Positions 1 to 11,476 of a stretch of DNA of 64,000 nt are shown piece by piece (position 1 is the stretch's first letter; each line of letters begins with the position of its first letter). A program made the position numbers and the translations under genes. A model generated the notes under the pieces. It had not been told where the DNA came from, did not search any database, and saw only the letters and a list, made by a program, of their open reading frames with translations. This DNA comes from a bacterium (GTDB lineage: Bacteria > Actinomycetota > Acidimicrobiia > Acidimicrobiales > CATQHL01), in contig JAPPDX010000093.1 in NCBI GenBank assembly GCA_028824415.1, positions 11,370-75,369 of the forward strand, written 5' to 3'.

Positions 1-1177
1 CCAGCACCACACGGGCGACCCGCTGGTGCGGGGCTGCATTCCGGATCTGCTGGCGCCCGGCGAGTCGATCTTCTCCTGGTCGGTGCCTCTCCACGCCGAG
101 CACACCGGAGGCGACGACGAACTCTCGGCCACGCTGACCGCCGCCCAGAGCGCCCTCTGCGGCGTCACCACGCTGGTGGAGGCCGGCACGGTTGCCCATC
201 CCGGCCGGGTCGCAGCGGGCATGGCGGCCGTCGGGGTGCGCGGCACCGTTGGCACCTGGGGCTGGGACGTCGAGGGCGCTCCGTTCGCGGCTCCGCCCGA
301 CGAGGTGCTGGACCGCCAGCGCGCCGTGCTGGCGGACCATCCCGCCGGTGGGCTCATCGAGGGCTGGGTCACGCTCGTGGGCCACGATCTGGCCTCCGAT
401 GAACTGCTGGTGGGCGCCGCCGACCTGGCACGCGGCGCGGGCTGCGGCTTGACGATGCACATCTCGCCGACGTCCTCCGACCCTGAGAGCTACCTGCACC
501 ACCGCGGCGCCCGGCCCCTCGTGCACTTCGACCGGCTGGGGATTCTCGGGCGCCACCTGCTGCTTGCCCACGGCGTGTGGCTGGATGACGATGAAGTGGA
601 GTTGGTGCTGGCCAGCGAGACCGCCATCGCCTATTGCCCGTGGGCGTACCTGCGACTGGGGCAGGGTGTCACGTCGGCAGGGCGCCACCTGGAACTGGCG
701 CGCCGCGGCGGCCGTCTGGCACTGGGCTGTGACGCCGGCAACGCCGGCGACCTGCCGGACATGCTGCGGGTCGCCGCGCTGGCCGCCGGGCTGGCCCGGG
801 ACATGCCGGTCGATCCCGAGGGATTCGGGGCGCACGACGCCTTCGAGTTGGCCACCATCCGGGGCGCCGAGGCCATCGGCAAGGCCACCGAGATCGGTTC
901 GCTGGAGGTGGGCAAGCTGGCCGACGTGGTGATCTTCGATTGCGAGGCGTCAGCCTTGACGCCTCGCGGTGACGTGGCCCTGCAGCTGGTGTGGGGCAGC
1001 GACGGGCGCGACGTGCGCGACGTGATCATCGGGGGACGCCCCGTGGTGCGCGATGGGCACTGCACCACCGTCGACGTCGACGAACTCCGCCTGACCGCGG
1101 CGACGGCGCAAGGTGATCTGTTGCGGCGCGCCGGGATCGAGGTGCCGCACACGTGGCCGCAGGTGCCCGCCGGCTGA
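1..1177 (+). CDS. Amidohydrolase family (chlorohydrolase/SAH-deaminase-like), 5' truncated
   Basis: Frame is open from base 2 (QHHTGDP..., part of the HxH motif); MHISP, AHGVW, LGCDAG, GSLEVGKLAD motifs. Confidence 0.85.
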   Translation, partial: QHHTGDPLVRGCIPDLLAPGESIFSWSVPLHAEHTGGDDELSATLTAAQSALCGVTTLVEAGTVAHPGRVAAGMAAVGVRGTVGTWGWDVEGAPFAAPPDEVLDRQRAVLADHPAGGLIEGWVTLVGHDLASDELLVGAADLARGAGCGLTMHISPTSSDPESYLHHRGARPLVHFDRLGILGRHLLLAHGVWLDDDEVELVLASETAIAYCPWAYLRLGQGVTSAGRHLELARRGGRLALGCDAGNAGDLPDMLRVAALAAGLARDMPVDPEGFGAHDAFELATIRGAEAIGKATEIGSLEVGKLADVVIFDCEASALTPRGDVALQLVWGSDGRDVRDVIIGGRPVVRDGHCTTVDVDELRLTAATAQGDLLRRAGIEVPHTWPQVPAG

Positions 1178-1218
1178 ACCGGTGGGTCACGAGGCTTGAC
1201 GACTGGACCGGTCGGAGA

Positions 1219-1246
1219 CTGGATCCCGGCCTCCGCCGGGATGACG
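1219..1246. repeat. CGTC-tagged REP-like palindrome, copy 1, followed by degenerate 17-bp tandem copies to about 1277
   Basis: ctggatcccggcctccgccgggatgacg, identical to 28377-28404; lies between convergent genes. Confidence 0.8.
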
Positions 1247-1299
1247 GCGAGGCCGGGATGACGGCGAGGCCGGGATGGTGAGGGAGGCCGTCGTGGCGG

Positions 1300-2289
1300 T
1301 CAGGCCAGGCCGGCCGACCCGAAGACCACGCTGAAGCGCACGCACCAGACCAGCACCGTTGAGTAGCGATCGAGGTCGACGCTCGGCGGGATCTCGTAGT
1401 TCTGCGCGCCGACGTTGCCCTTCAGGTCGCCGAGATCGATCCAGTCGTTCAGGAAGTCCCTGACCGGGGCGTCGGGAGGCGCCGAGGACAGCCACACGTT
1501 GAGGTCGGGACCGTTGTCGGTGCGGAAGTTCTCGAACCGAAGGAAACGTTGCTCGGAGCCGTCGTTCAGCACCAGCACCCGGCCCTCGGTGGGGTGGCTG
1601 CGGCTCATGAACTCGCCGGACACCAGCGTGACGATCTCCGGTGCCACGGGCATTGGCCGCTCCTGCTCCGCCGGGGCCACCGGGTCCTCGGCCGGCATCT
1701 CGCCCGACGCCATCATCTCGTTCATGGCGTCTGCCCGCTCTTGGGTGATCTCGTCTCCGGGCATTCCCGAGGCTCCGGGCCCGGCCACCAACTGCGCCTC
1801 GGCCGGGGCCGGCTCGGTTGCTGCGGCGGTCTCAGGAGGAGGATCCGGTGTCGGAACCGGTGTCTCATGGTCCGTCTCCGCCGCGGGGGCGGCGTCGGTC
1901 GTCTCGGCGGCCGGCGGTGGTGGAGCCTCTGTGCCTTCCGCTGCAGCGGGTGCCGGTGGCGCCGGAGTCGCTTGGCCGTCCGGCGCGGGAGCCGTCGCGG
2001 TCGTATCGGCCTGCCCTGCGGGAGCCGGGGCCGCCGTCTCGGATCCCGACGGAGGTGGGGCCGCGGCAGGCGGTGCCTCCGCCGGAGCCGCGGGTGCGCC
2101 GAATGTCGGCAGTGCCTCGTCCACCTCCTCGTCGATGAACAGCGTCTGCACGGCAAAGAAGAAGAAGATCAGCCAGATGCCCAGGCCGATGGCCGCGCCG
2201 ACACCGATCGTGGTGATGATCCAGTGTCGCCGAGCCCAGCCCCAGAGGCGCCGGATCAGAGAACTCGATGCGTCGGGTGATGCGTCCAT
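1300..2289 (-). CDS. Membrane-anchored DM13 domain protein with Pro/Ala-rich linker
   Basis: N-terminal TM helix; C-terminal LRFENFRTDNGPDLNVWLS...DLGDLKGNVGAQNY...VWCVRFSVVFG; ATG 2289 has a GGAGGTG SD. Confidence 0.85.
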   Translation of the reverse strand: MDASPDASSSLIRRLWGWARRHWIITTIGVGAAIGLGIWLIFFFFAVQTLFIDEEVDEALPTFGAPAAPAEAPPAAAPPPSGSETAAPAPAGQADTTATAPAPDGQATPAPPAPAAAEGTEAPPPPAAETTDAAPAAETDHETPVPTPDPPPETAAATEPAPAEAQLVAGPGASGMPGDEITQERADAMNEMMASGEMPAEDPVAPAEQERPMPVAPEIVTLVSGEFMSRSHPTEGRVLVLNDGSEQRFLRFENFRTDNGPDLNVWLSSAPPDAPVRDFLNDWIDLGDLKGNVGAQNYEIPPSVDLDRYSTVLVWCVRFSVVFGSAGLA

Positions 2290-2496
2290 GCGTTTCACCT
2301 CCCTCGTGCGGGGTCCGCCCCGCCGGACGGCCCCCAAGGAGCGTCACCAAATGTTGGCGCTCTCGTCGGTTGTTGCTGGGATCCAGTCAAGCAGAACACC
2401 GGTCCGATTCACCTGCGGGAAGAAACGAAAGATCCGCTCGATGAATTAGGCGCTCTCTATCGATTCGGCCGCTCTCCATCGGCTGCCGCCGCGGTG

Positions 2497-3726
2497 TCAG
2501 GCGTTGCGGTCGGCTCCCGTGAACAGCACACCCACCCGGGCCCCGTCGACCACCAACCCCTCCTGGCGAGCCATCAGCAGGCCGGCCAGACCAGCGCTGC
2601 CGGTTGGATCCACCGGAACATCGGTCCAGCGGCGCGCCAGCACATGGGCCTCGGCCACAAGGCTCTCCGGCACGACCACCACGTCGCCGCCCGTGGCCGC
2701 CAGACCCCAGACGATCGGGAGCCAGTCGTAGGTCACGTCGTCGAGGATTCCCGTGGCAATGCTCTGGGGTGAGTCGCCCTCCGGCGGCGCCCAGGGCTGC
2801 ATGAAGCGTCCCGGATCCGCCGCGGCCACCTGCAGGGCGGCCTCGGTTCCCACCTCTGCACCCAGCGCCGAGAGTCGGTCCCAAGCCCGCCCCAGCGGAG
2901 CGCACCCCTCGGTTTGCACCGCATAGAACGTCGGCAGCCGGTCGATGGCACCCTCGTCGGCGGCCTCGACGAAACCCTGAACCACGCTGGAGGCCAGGGC
3001 CCCGCCACCGACCTGCACGAACAGCGCGTCCAGGTCTCCGGCTCCGGCGAGTGCCTCGATCGTCTCGAAGGCCAATGTGCGACCTCCGTCGACTGTCCAG
3101 ATGTTCTCGGCGGCCACGGCGCAGAACGGCGACGAGCCGGCGAGCGTGGCCTCCCGGAACCGGCCGAAACAAGGATCGCCCAGCTCGCCGGGGCGGCGGG
3201 AGCAGACCTCGATACGGGCTCCGAGTGCCTTCAGGGCGGCCACGATGGAGTCGTCGGCCCACGGCGGGATGAACACGTCCAGAGGGCGCCGGGCGCCACG
3301 GGCCACGGTGGCCGCCGCCAGGGCGGCATTCCCGCAGGAGGCGATGGCGAGGGGGCGCTCCGCCGCCTCGCCGGTGGCTTCGAGATGCAGCGCCAACCCC
3401 ATGAGATGGCGCGCCTTGTGGGTGCCGGTGACGTTGCCCGTCTCGTCCTTCACCCACAGCTCGATCCCCAGGCGATCACTCAACCCGGTCGCCGGCCTGG
3501 TGGGCGTCGTCCTGAAGCCGCGCCCGTCGATCTCGGCGATCCGGCGGTTGAGGCGATCCACCGCCGCCACGAAGTCGGCATCGCCGCGCCCGGACTCGAC
3601 GAATCTCCGGTGGGCCCACAGCAGGCGGCGATAGCGCAGGAACGGGTTGTCGCTGGCGGTGTCGAAGTCGAACGGGCCGCCGCTCGGCGACCCCAGCCAG
3701 CCATCGGTGGCGGTGAGACGCTTCAT
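2497..3726 (-). CDS. PLP-dependent enzyme, fold type II (threonine synthase-like)
   Basis: VKDETGNVTGTHKARH, ASCGNAA, VQVGGGAL. Confidence 0.8.
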   Translation of the reverse strand: MKRLTATDGWLGSPSGGPFDFDTASDNPFLRYRRLLWAHRRFVESGRGDADFVAAVDRLNRRIAEIDGRGFRTTPTRPATGLSDRLGIELWVKDETGNVTGTHKARHLMGLALHLEATGEAAERPLAIASCGNAALAAATVARGARRPLDVFIPPWADDSIVAALKALGARIEVCSRRPGELGDPCFGRFREATLAGSSPFCAVAAENIWTVDGGRTLAFETIEALAGAGDLDALFVQVGGGALASSVVQGFVEAADEGAIDRLPTFYAVQTEGCAPLGRAWDRLSALGAEVGTEAALQVAAADPGRFMQPWAPPEGDSPQSIATGILDDVTYDWLPIVWGLAATGGDVVVVPESLVAEAHVLARRWTDVPVDPTGSAGLAGLLMARQEGLVVDGARVGVLFTGADRNA

Positions 3727-3745
3727 CGGCTGACAGTGGGCCCTC

Positions 3746-5272
<1,527 letters not shown>

Positions 5273-5284
5273 AGGCATCACACG

Positions 5285-6970
5285 CTACCGGCCACCGGGA
5301 TCGCCGACCGCATACATCGCACCGCTGCGCCCGCCGACATAGATGACGCCGTCCCACATCACCGGTGAGGCCTCGAAGCGCCACTCGTTGCCGACCTGCA
5401 GCTGCCAGGCCACCGGTGGTTCCACCGACGTGTCGCTCACGTCGTAGGCGGTGATCCGCCCCGCGCCGTCGGCCAGGATCAGCGTCTCGTCGATGACGAT
5501 CGGGCTGCTCCACAGCAGATCGGAGAAGCGCTTCTCCCAGCGGATCCTGCCCGTCTCCCGGTCGACGCCCCAGAAAATGCCGGTGTGCGTCGTGGCATAG
5601 ACCATGTCGCGCCACACCACCGGCGTGCTCCAGACACCCCGCTGGTCAGCCCCGGACCGGTCGTGCACCGACCACACGATGGGATCGGCGGGATCGGACG
5701 GGTCGAGCTTGACGAGCTGGCCCACCTCGCGGGCTCGGGCCGTTTCGCGAGCCTCGTATTCCACGCCCACATACAGGTACCCCTCCTCGTCGACGACGGG
5801 CGTGGCGTCGACATCGTCGCCCGCCCAGAACCGGAAGACCTGTTCGGGCATGAGCCCCTCGTCGAGTCTCGAGATGTCCCAGCCGGTCACGAGCCCGCCC
5901 GAGTTGGCGTAGTAGAGGGTGTTCTCCCAGATGGCCGGGGAGGATTCGATGGCCACGTTGAAGTGGCCATCGTCGGGCTCGGCGAGATCCGCCAGCAACT
6001 GGTCGTCCCAACCCGCCCAGTGGAAGAGAATCTCCGGAGCCACCGTCACGAGGCCGTCGGCGTCGTATCCCCGGTTCAGGCGGATGATGAAGAACCGGCT
6101 GTTCTCCCCGCCCAGGAAGAGGTAGTCGTCTACGACCAGCGGTGAGGAGTCCCAGTCGTCGTTCCACAGCGTCGGCGACACGTCGTAGGCGCCCAGCCGC
6201 CACAGTTCAATCGGCTCGGCCCTGTCGAAGGCCACGATCCGGAAGTAGTTGTCCCGGGATCCGAAGTAGGCCAACGGGTACTCGTCGGGATCGATCGTCA
6301 CTGAGGTCTTTATGAGATCGCCGGTCTTGAATTCGGGGAGCAGCGGTTCTCCGGTGGCGGCGTCGAGGAAGTGGACGTTGTTGTCGAACGCCCCGAAAAC
6401 CAGCCAGGTGCGACCGTTGCGTTCGAACACCGCCGCCTGACCGGTCCAGCCGGCCCCGCACCAGCGAACGATCTCGCCGTGATAGCTGGACTCGGCGCAC
6501 ATGTCGCTGTTGCGGGGATAGCGCCACAGCAGCTGCGGGTTGGTCGGAACCGGACCCGTTCCGTACCAACTGCGGGTCGGCGACCCGCGGAACGTGAGCA
6601 CCCCCGGTGTCAGCCCGGCAGGGGGCTGACCGAATGAAGCGCCGTCCACCCAGGGCTCCGGCTCCTCGACGGTGTCGGTAGGCGGCGAGGGCTCGGACGG
6701 GACCGGCGATGGCTCGGACAGGGCCGGTGTTGGCGCAGTCGCGGTGGTGGCCGATTCCTGGGTTGGCGGCGCGGTCGGCGGCACGGCATCAAACGCCGGC
6801 GGGGGGTCGTGGGTACCGTCGGCGGTCACCTCCCCCGAACGCTCCCGGGTGCCGGCGAGCAGGACCGGCAGCGCGAGAGCCATCAGGACGCAAATCCCGA
6901 GCAAAGTGACGCGCAAGGGAACGGCGCGGGCGCGCGAAGAAGTATCCACCGGATCAGCAGTGTGCCGCAC
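5285..6970 (-). CDS. Exported PQQ-like/BamB-type beta-propeller protein
   Basis: Signal/TM segment, Pro linker, repeated SSP/STP...W blades. Confidence 0.75.
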   Translation of the reverse strand: MRHTADPVDTSSRARAVPLRVTLLGICVLMALALPVLLAGTRERSGEVTADGTHDPPPAFDAVPPTAPPTQESATTATAPTPALSEPSPVPSEPSPPTDTVEEPEPWVDGASFGQPPAGLTPGVLTFRGSPTRSWYGTGPVPTNPQLLWRYPRNSDMCAESSYHGEIVRWCGAGWTGQAAVFERNGRTWLVFGAFDNNVHFLDAATGEPLLPEFKTGDLIKTSVTIDPDEYPLAYFGSRDNYFRIVAFDRAEPIELWRLGAYDVSPTLWNDDWDSSPLVVDDYLFLGGENSRFFIIRLNRGYDADGLVTVAPEILFHWAGWDDQLLADLAEPDDGHFNVAIESSPAIWENTLYYANSGGLVTGWDISRLDEGLMPEQVFRFWAGDDVDATPVVDEEGYLYVGVEYEARETARAREVGQLVKLDPSDPADPIVWSVHDRSGADQRGVWSTPVVWRDMVYATTHTGIFWGVDRETGRIRWEKRFSDLLWSSPIVIDETLILADGAGRITAYDVSDTSVEPPVAWQLQVGNEWRFEASPVMWDGVIYVGGRSGAMYAVGDPGGR

Positions 6971-6983
6971 CTAGGCGGCGGCG

Positions 6984-7445
6984 TCAGATCGAGGATTTAG
7001 CGGTGGTGCGGAACGCTCGGCTGAGCAGGGGCGTCGGGGCCGGCTCGCGAGCCGGCGGGGAATCGTCGGACTGGGAATCGCCGGCAGACTCGGAATCGCC
7101 GGCAGGCTCGGCCTCCCGAACCGCCGGTTGCGAAGCAGGCGAAACCTCAGCGCCGGACCGCTGCCGGCCGATCCGGCTGCGCTGGTCCGAGAGGACCCAA
7201 CCGACCGGCGGCCGGAACCGGTTGGCGTGTGCAGAGCACATGGGCAGGCCGCGCCAGGCCCTGCCCTCGAGGTCCACGAGCCAGGCCGCAGTCACGCGGG
7301 CGTCGAAGAGGAGCAGCGCCGTTGCGGGCTCGGGACACAGCATGTGGGCACAACCGACCGCCTCAGGGGCCCCGTTTCGGGGCGGCGCCGCGACCAGCCC
7401 GGGCGCGATTGAGGCCGCTCCACCGCCAAGGTGGAATCCGTCCAT
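6984..7445 (-). CDS. DUF3499-like protein (start uncertain)
   Basis: C..C.EPATA..., MCSAHANRFRPPVGW, C-terminal PLLSRAF. Confidence 0.6.
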   Translation of the reverse strand: MDGFHLGGGAASIAPGLVAAPPRNGAPEAVGCAHMLCPEPATALLLFDARVTAAWLVDLEGRAWRGLPMCSAHANRFRPPVGWVLSDQRSRIGRQRSGAEVSPASQPAVREAEPAGDSESAGDSQSDDSPPAREPAPTPLLSRAFRTTAKSSI

Positions 7446-7542
7446 ACGACAAACGTACTGCCGGGACACGCTCCACCCGGGGATTTGGCCACACGCCACG
7501 GCATCCCCTAGTTGTCCCGACCGGGCGTGTAGGCTCAACGCC

Positions 7543-7998
7543 ATGTCTCACGCTCGTCCCTGCAGACGAATCACCCTGATCGCGCTCACTGTGGTGCTCG
7601 CGCTGGTGCTCACCTCGTGCTTCGGCGAGGACGAGGAACCCGACGAGTCAGCGACCACCACAACCCAGCAGGTGTCGGCACCCCAGCCGCCTACGCCGCC
7701 GGACACGCAGGCCGAGGTCATCGCAGTCGAGCAGCCTCCGCCGCCGCCCCCGACCGACACGGTGACGTTCGAGCAGCCTCCGCCGCCGCCGGAGCCACCG
7801 CAACCGCCTCCGGAGCCGCCCGCGGAGCCCCCGGTGGGTCCCGACGGCATCGTCCTCTACACCGTGCAGGCGGGTGACACCCTGTTCAGCATCGCCCAGC
7901 GCTTCGGCGTCACCCTCGACGCCGTCATCGAGGCGAACAACATCAGCAATCCCGACGTGATCTTCGAGGGTGACACGCTGACGATCCCGCCCGGCTGA
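7543..7998 (+). CDS. LysM domain lipoprotein
   Basis: Lipobox LTSC; YTVQAGDTLFSIAQRFGV...NPDVIFEGDTLTIP; TAGGCT 7 nt before ATG. Confidence 0.85.
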   Translation: MSHARPCRRITLIALTVVLALVLTSCFGEDEEPDESATTTTQQVSAPQPPTPPDTQAEVIAVEQPPPPPPTDTVTFEQPPPPPEPPQPPPEPPAEPPVGPDGIVLYTVQAGDTLFSIAQRFGVTLDAVIEANNISNPDVIFEGDTLTIPPG

Positions 7999-8082
7999 CA
8001 CCGGGGACCGGGGTGTCGCGTTGAGGGCGCTGCCTGTCCCCCACGGGGAACCGGACCAGGTCTATTTGCCCGATGACTCCTT

Positions 8083-8529
8083 TTGACTAATTTTGTGCTC
8101 GTGCCACGGAACACCACTCTCGGCCGTCCCGCCCTTGCCGCACTCCTCGTCGGCTCGCTCCTGACCCTCACCGCCTGTTTCGACACGGGCGACGATACCG
8201 AGGGCCCCACGACCGACACCGGCGGCGCCGGCAGCAACACCGTTGTCACGCTGGCGCCCCCGCCACCGCCGGTGACGCCCGCGACCGCTGTCGTCCAGCA
8301 GCCGCCCCAACTGCCACCCGAGCCGCCGCCGGCGACCCCCGCCACCACCCAGCCGCAGCGGGAAATCGGCGCCCAACTCGTCTACGAGATTCAACCCGGC
8401 GACACCCTCTTCAGCATCGCCAGGCAATTCGGCGTCTCCCTCGACGAACTCGTGGAGATCAACAACATCGAGAACCCGGACCTCATCAACGCCGGGCAAC
8501 AACTGGTCATCCCACCGCCGTCCGAGTGA
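8083..8529 (+). CDS. LysM domain lipoprotein, paralogue of the upstream gene (start may be 8101)
   Basis: Lipobox LTAC; YEIQPGDTLFSIARQFGV...NPDLINAGQQLVIP. Confidence 0.85.
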   Translation: MTNFVLVPRNTTLGRPALAALLVGSLLTLTACFDTGDDTEGPTTDTGGAGSNTVVTLAPPPPPVTPATAVVQQPPQLPPEPPPATPATTQPQREIGAQLVYEIQPGDTLFSIARQFGVSLDELVEINNIENPDLINAGQQLVIPPPSE

Positions 8530-8608
8530 CCCGTCCCCGGCCCCCGGCACAGCCCGCCGGCCGGACATCCACCACCCCGACAGGGGGTCTGCATACAATC
8601 CCGCGCCG

Positions 8609-8800
8609 GTGGGCAAAGCGGACGGCGTCGAGGCCGGGACGGACACCGTGGACGGGAAGACCGTCCCGACGGTCATGGCCTGCGGCCTCTGCGACGTCAC
8701 CTGGCGCGGCCGGCCGGGAGACAGCTGCTGGGCGTGCGGCCACTCGGCGCACACCGTGAAAGCGCCCCCGCTCCAAGTCAAGATCCCGGCGCCGGCATAG
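8609..8800 (+). CDS. Small CxxC-x11-CxxC zinc-ribbon-like protein
   Basis: CGLC...CWAC; TACAAT just upstream; fills the intergenic space. Confidence 0.55.
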   Translation: MGKADGVEAGTDTVDGKTVPTVMACGLCDVTWRGRPGDSCWACGHSAHTVKAPPLQVKIPAPA

Positions 8801-8861
8801 CCGGATCGGGTACCGCTCACCCCCCGGGCCTGTGGCCTGTTCGGAAACCTGATCCATCGAC

Positions 8862-9374
8862 GTGAGCAGCGTCTACGTCCGTTACCTCCTTCCGGCGCTC
8901 GTCGTCGCCGGTTGCGCGGCCCTGGCTCTCCTCGGCCGGCGCCGGAGTGCGCACAACCGGGCGGTCGCCGAGCACTCCCATCGCATCGTGGATGCCACGC
9001 TCCCGCCCGCGCCCACCGACCCCGCGGCCGAGCATGCCTGGTCACTCCTGCATGGAAGCGCTCTCGATGACTGGATGACCGCCCACGAGGAAGTCCTCGA
9101 CCGGGCCAGCGCGGATGACTTCAGCGACGCGCACACCGCCTTGGACCTGTCCGACGAGGCGACCTCGGAACGTCTCGACACCGTCGTGGCCGCCCATCCC
9201 AACCCGCAGCGGCGCGCGGAGCTGAGCGCCCTGCGAGCCGCCGCCCGGTCCACGCTGGTCGCCCTCACACAGGGCGACTTCGAGCGGGCGCGGCACCACC
9301 ACCTCGTCTACTGCGACTACAGGGACCTCTGGCGGGGGTCCACCGCGACCGAGGAGCCCGCCGACCGCTCCTGA
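8862..9374 (+). CDS. Hypothetical membrane-anchored protein
   Basis: N-terminal TM helix, helical soluble part, typical codon usage. Confidence 0.65.
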   Translation: MSSVYVRYLLPALVVAGCAALALLGRRRSAHNRAVAEHSHRIVDATLPPAPTDPAAEHAWSLLHGSALDDWMTAHEEVLDRASADDFSDAHTALDLSDEATSERLDTVVAAHPNPQRRAELSALRAAARSTLVALTQGDFERARHHHLVYCDYRDLWRGSTATEEPADRS

Positions 9375-9390
9375 GGCGCGCCCCGGTGCC

Positions 9391-10728
9391 TCAGCCCTGC
9401 GACGCGGAAAGTGCGGACGCCACTCTCTCCGCTATTGCGGCCATGCCATCGCCGGTGGGATGCACGCAGTCGAGTGGGCTTATCCACGATCCCGGCGGAT
9501 CCTCTGTGGAGCAGTAGGCCCGCACCTGCACACCGAGGAAGGTCTCGATGGGCTTCCGGAGCCAGCCGGGTCCGAGGGCGTCGCCGGCCTCATGACCCTC
9601 GAACAGCGGAGCCACGTCGGCCAGCCGCACGCGCGAGGCGTGGCGGGTCGCCGCTCGGGCAAGGGTGTCGTTCAGGGCGTCGTGCACGATGTCGGTGAGT
9701 TCGACGAAACACTGGCCGCGGCAACCCCGAAGCCCTCGAGGATTCGCCGCCGTGGGGTTGTAGTAGTTCGTGAGCACGATTCGCGCGTCGGTTCGATCCA
9801 CGAGTTCGTCGAGCAGGTACCCCAGTCTCCCCGCCACCGCCTCGAGGCGCTGATCTAGTTCGGCCCGATCCAGCTCACCCCCGGCGAGTATCGAGAGATC
9901 CGCGACACCCACGTCGTTCGCCCCGACCGTGAGGGTGACGTAGCCGGGATTGAGGTGGATCGCCCAGTCCAGTTGGCTCCAGCCGGGCTCGCCGAGACCC
10001 TCGGGTGCGCCCGGCGGTGGCCATGTCGGCGACTCCCAGACGCCGCTCGTGAAAGCGCCGGCACAGGCGGCCAGGACGACCCTCGCCTCGCCTCGGGGCA
10101 CGTCGCCCGCGGCGACGAGGCGATCCATGACACGGGCCGGGTAGGCGCTGCCGGGCGCCCGCCAGCAGGGGTCTCCCAGCAGGGCGTCGGTCAGGTCGAG
10201 GCCGAATCCCGCCGCCACCGAGTCGCCCAAGCCCACGAGGGTGTGCTGGCGATGCGGGTGCCGGGACACGAATGTGACAGTGGCGGTCGTCGTTGTGCCC
10301 TTGTCGTCGGTCGCCGTCACCTCAGCCCTCCAGGTCCCCGCCACAGGAGGTGTCCAGGAGAAACCGGGGTTGGCGCCGCCGGCGGCCGCGAAGCCCGGCG
10401 GCTGGCGGAGCCAGGCGATTCCCGTCACGCTGCCGTCGGGATCGGACACCGAGAGGCGCGCATCGAGCCGCTGACCGACCGGCCACACGAAGCTGTCCAC
10501 GGCGATCACCGGTGCCTGATTCGAGGGCCGGGTGGTTGTCGTGGTCACCGCTGCGGGATCGTCGGAGAACCCCTCCGAACCGGTGCCGTCGCTTCCTGGA
10601 CAGCCGGTCGCCGCCAGCGAGACCGCGCCGAGTGACACGACCACGAGAGGCAGCAGACGGCCGCGCCCTCGGAGGATCCGGCGGCCGTTTGTATTCCTGC
10701 CGGCCTGCGCTAGCCTGATTGTCGACAA
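9391..10728 (-). CDS. SGNH/GDSL hydrolase lipoprotein with Ig-like domain (start uncertain)
   Basis: GLGDSVAAG, TVGAND, DCVHP blocks; AATGC lipobox; NQAP...SDPDG...VTATDD Ig-like segment. Confidence 0.75.
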   Translation of the reverse strand: MSTIRLAQAGRNTNGRRILRGRGRLLPLVVVSLGAVSLAATGCPGSDGTGSEGFSDDPAAVTTTTTRPSNQAPVIAVDSFVWPVGQRLDARLSVSDPDGSVTGIAWLRQPPGFAAAGGANPGFSWTPPVAGTWRAEVTATDDKGTTTTATVTFVSRHPHRQHTLVGLGDSVAAGFGLDLTDALLGDPCWRAPGSAYPARVMDRLVAAGDVPRGEARVVLAACAGAFTSGVWESPTWPPPGAPEGLGEPGWSQLDWAIHLNPGYVTLTVGANDVGVADLSILAGGELDRAELDQRLEAVAGRLGYLLDELVDRTDARIVLTNYYNPTAANPRGLRGCRGQCFVELTDIVHDALNDTLARAATRHASRVRLADVAPLFEGHEAGDALGPGWLRKPIETFLGVQVRAYCSTEDPPGSWISPLDCVHPTGDGMAAIAERVASALSASQG

Positions 10729-10783
10729 AATCGGTCTGGAATTACCGGTCACGCGACCACCGACCAAGGGAGGACACAGCAGC

Positions 10784-11419
10784 ATGACTGTGCAACTGGG
10801 GGACGTCGCCCCCGACTTTACGGCAGACACCACCGAGGGCACCATCAGCTTCCACGACTGGAAGGAAGGCAGCTGGGCGGTGCTGTTCTCGCACCCCAAG
10901 GACTTCACGCCCGTCTGCACCACCGAGTTGGGCTACACGGCCAAGCTCCAAAGCGAGTTCGCGGCGCGCAACGTGAAGGTCATCGGACTCTCGTGTGACT
11001 CGGTGGAGGATCACCGGGTGTGGTCGCAGGACATCCTCGACACCCAGGGCGTCTCACCCAACTTCCCGATGATCGGCGACCCCGACGCATCGGTCGCCAA
11101 CCTCTACGGCATGATCCACCCCAACGCCAGCGACACCATGACGGTCCGCTCGGTGTTCGTGATCGGCCCTGACAACCTCGTCAAGCTGATGATCACCTAT
11201 CCGGCCAGCACCGGTCGCAACTTCGACGAGGTGCTGCGCGTCATCGACTCGCTGCAACTCACGGCCCACCACAAGGTGGCGACGCCGGTGAACTGGCAGC
11301 ACGGCGAGGACGTGATCATCGTGCCGGCGCTCAGCAACGAGGAGGCCGCCGAGCGGTTCCCCGGCGGCTGGGACGAGCAGAAGCCCTACCTGCGGGTGGT
11401 TGCCCAGCCCAGCGGCTGA
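10784..11419 (+). CDS. 1-Cys peroxiredoxin (Prx6)
   Basis: FSHPKDFTPVCTTE, YPASTGRNFDE; GGAGG SD. Confidence 0.95.
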   Translation: MTVQLGDVAPDFTADTTEGTISFHDWKEGSWAVLFSHPKDFTPVCTTELGYTAKLQSEFAARNVKVIGLSCDSVEDHRVWSQDILDTQGVSPNFPMIGDPDASVANLYGMIHPNASDTMTVRSVFVIGPDNLVKLMITYPASTGRNFDEVLRVIDSLQLTAHHKVATPVNWQHGEDVIIVPALSNEEAAERFPGGWDEQKPYLRVVAQPSG

Positions 11420-11441
11420 GACCGCCACGTCTCGCTCCAAC

Positions 11442-11476
11442 CGCGGCGCCCCCGGGTCGATCCCGGGGGCGCCGCG
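11442..11476. terminator. Perfect 15-bp stem hairpin after the peroxiredoxin gene
   Basis: cgcggcgcccccggg-tcgat-cccgggggcgccgcg. Confidence 0.7.

Noticed and set aside
2446-2456. ttaggcgctct shared with 53461-53471 as possible IS ends
   Set aside because: An 11-bp match is expected by chance in 64 kb; no transposase
8000-8100. Possible c-di-AMP or c-di-GMP riboswitch before the second LysM gene
   Set aside because: I could not find the conserved motifs of either class
10738-10765. GGAAT upstream of the peroxiredoxin as a SigR promoter
   Set aside because: No GTT at the required spacing
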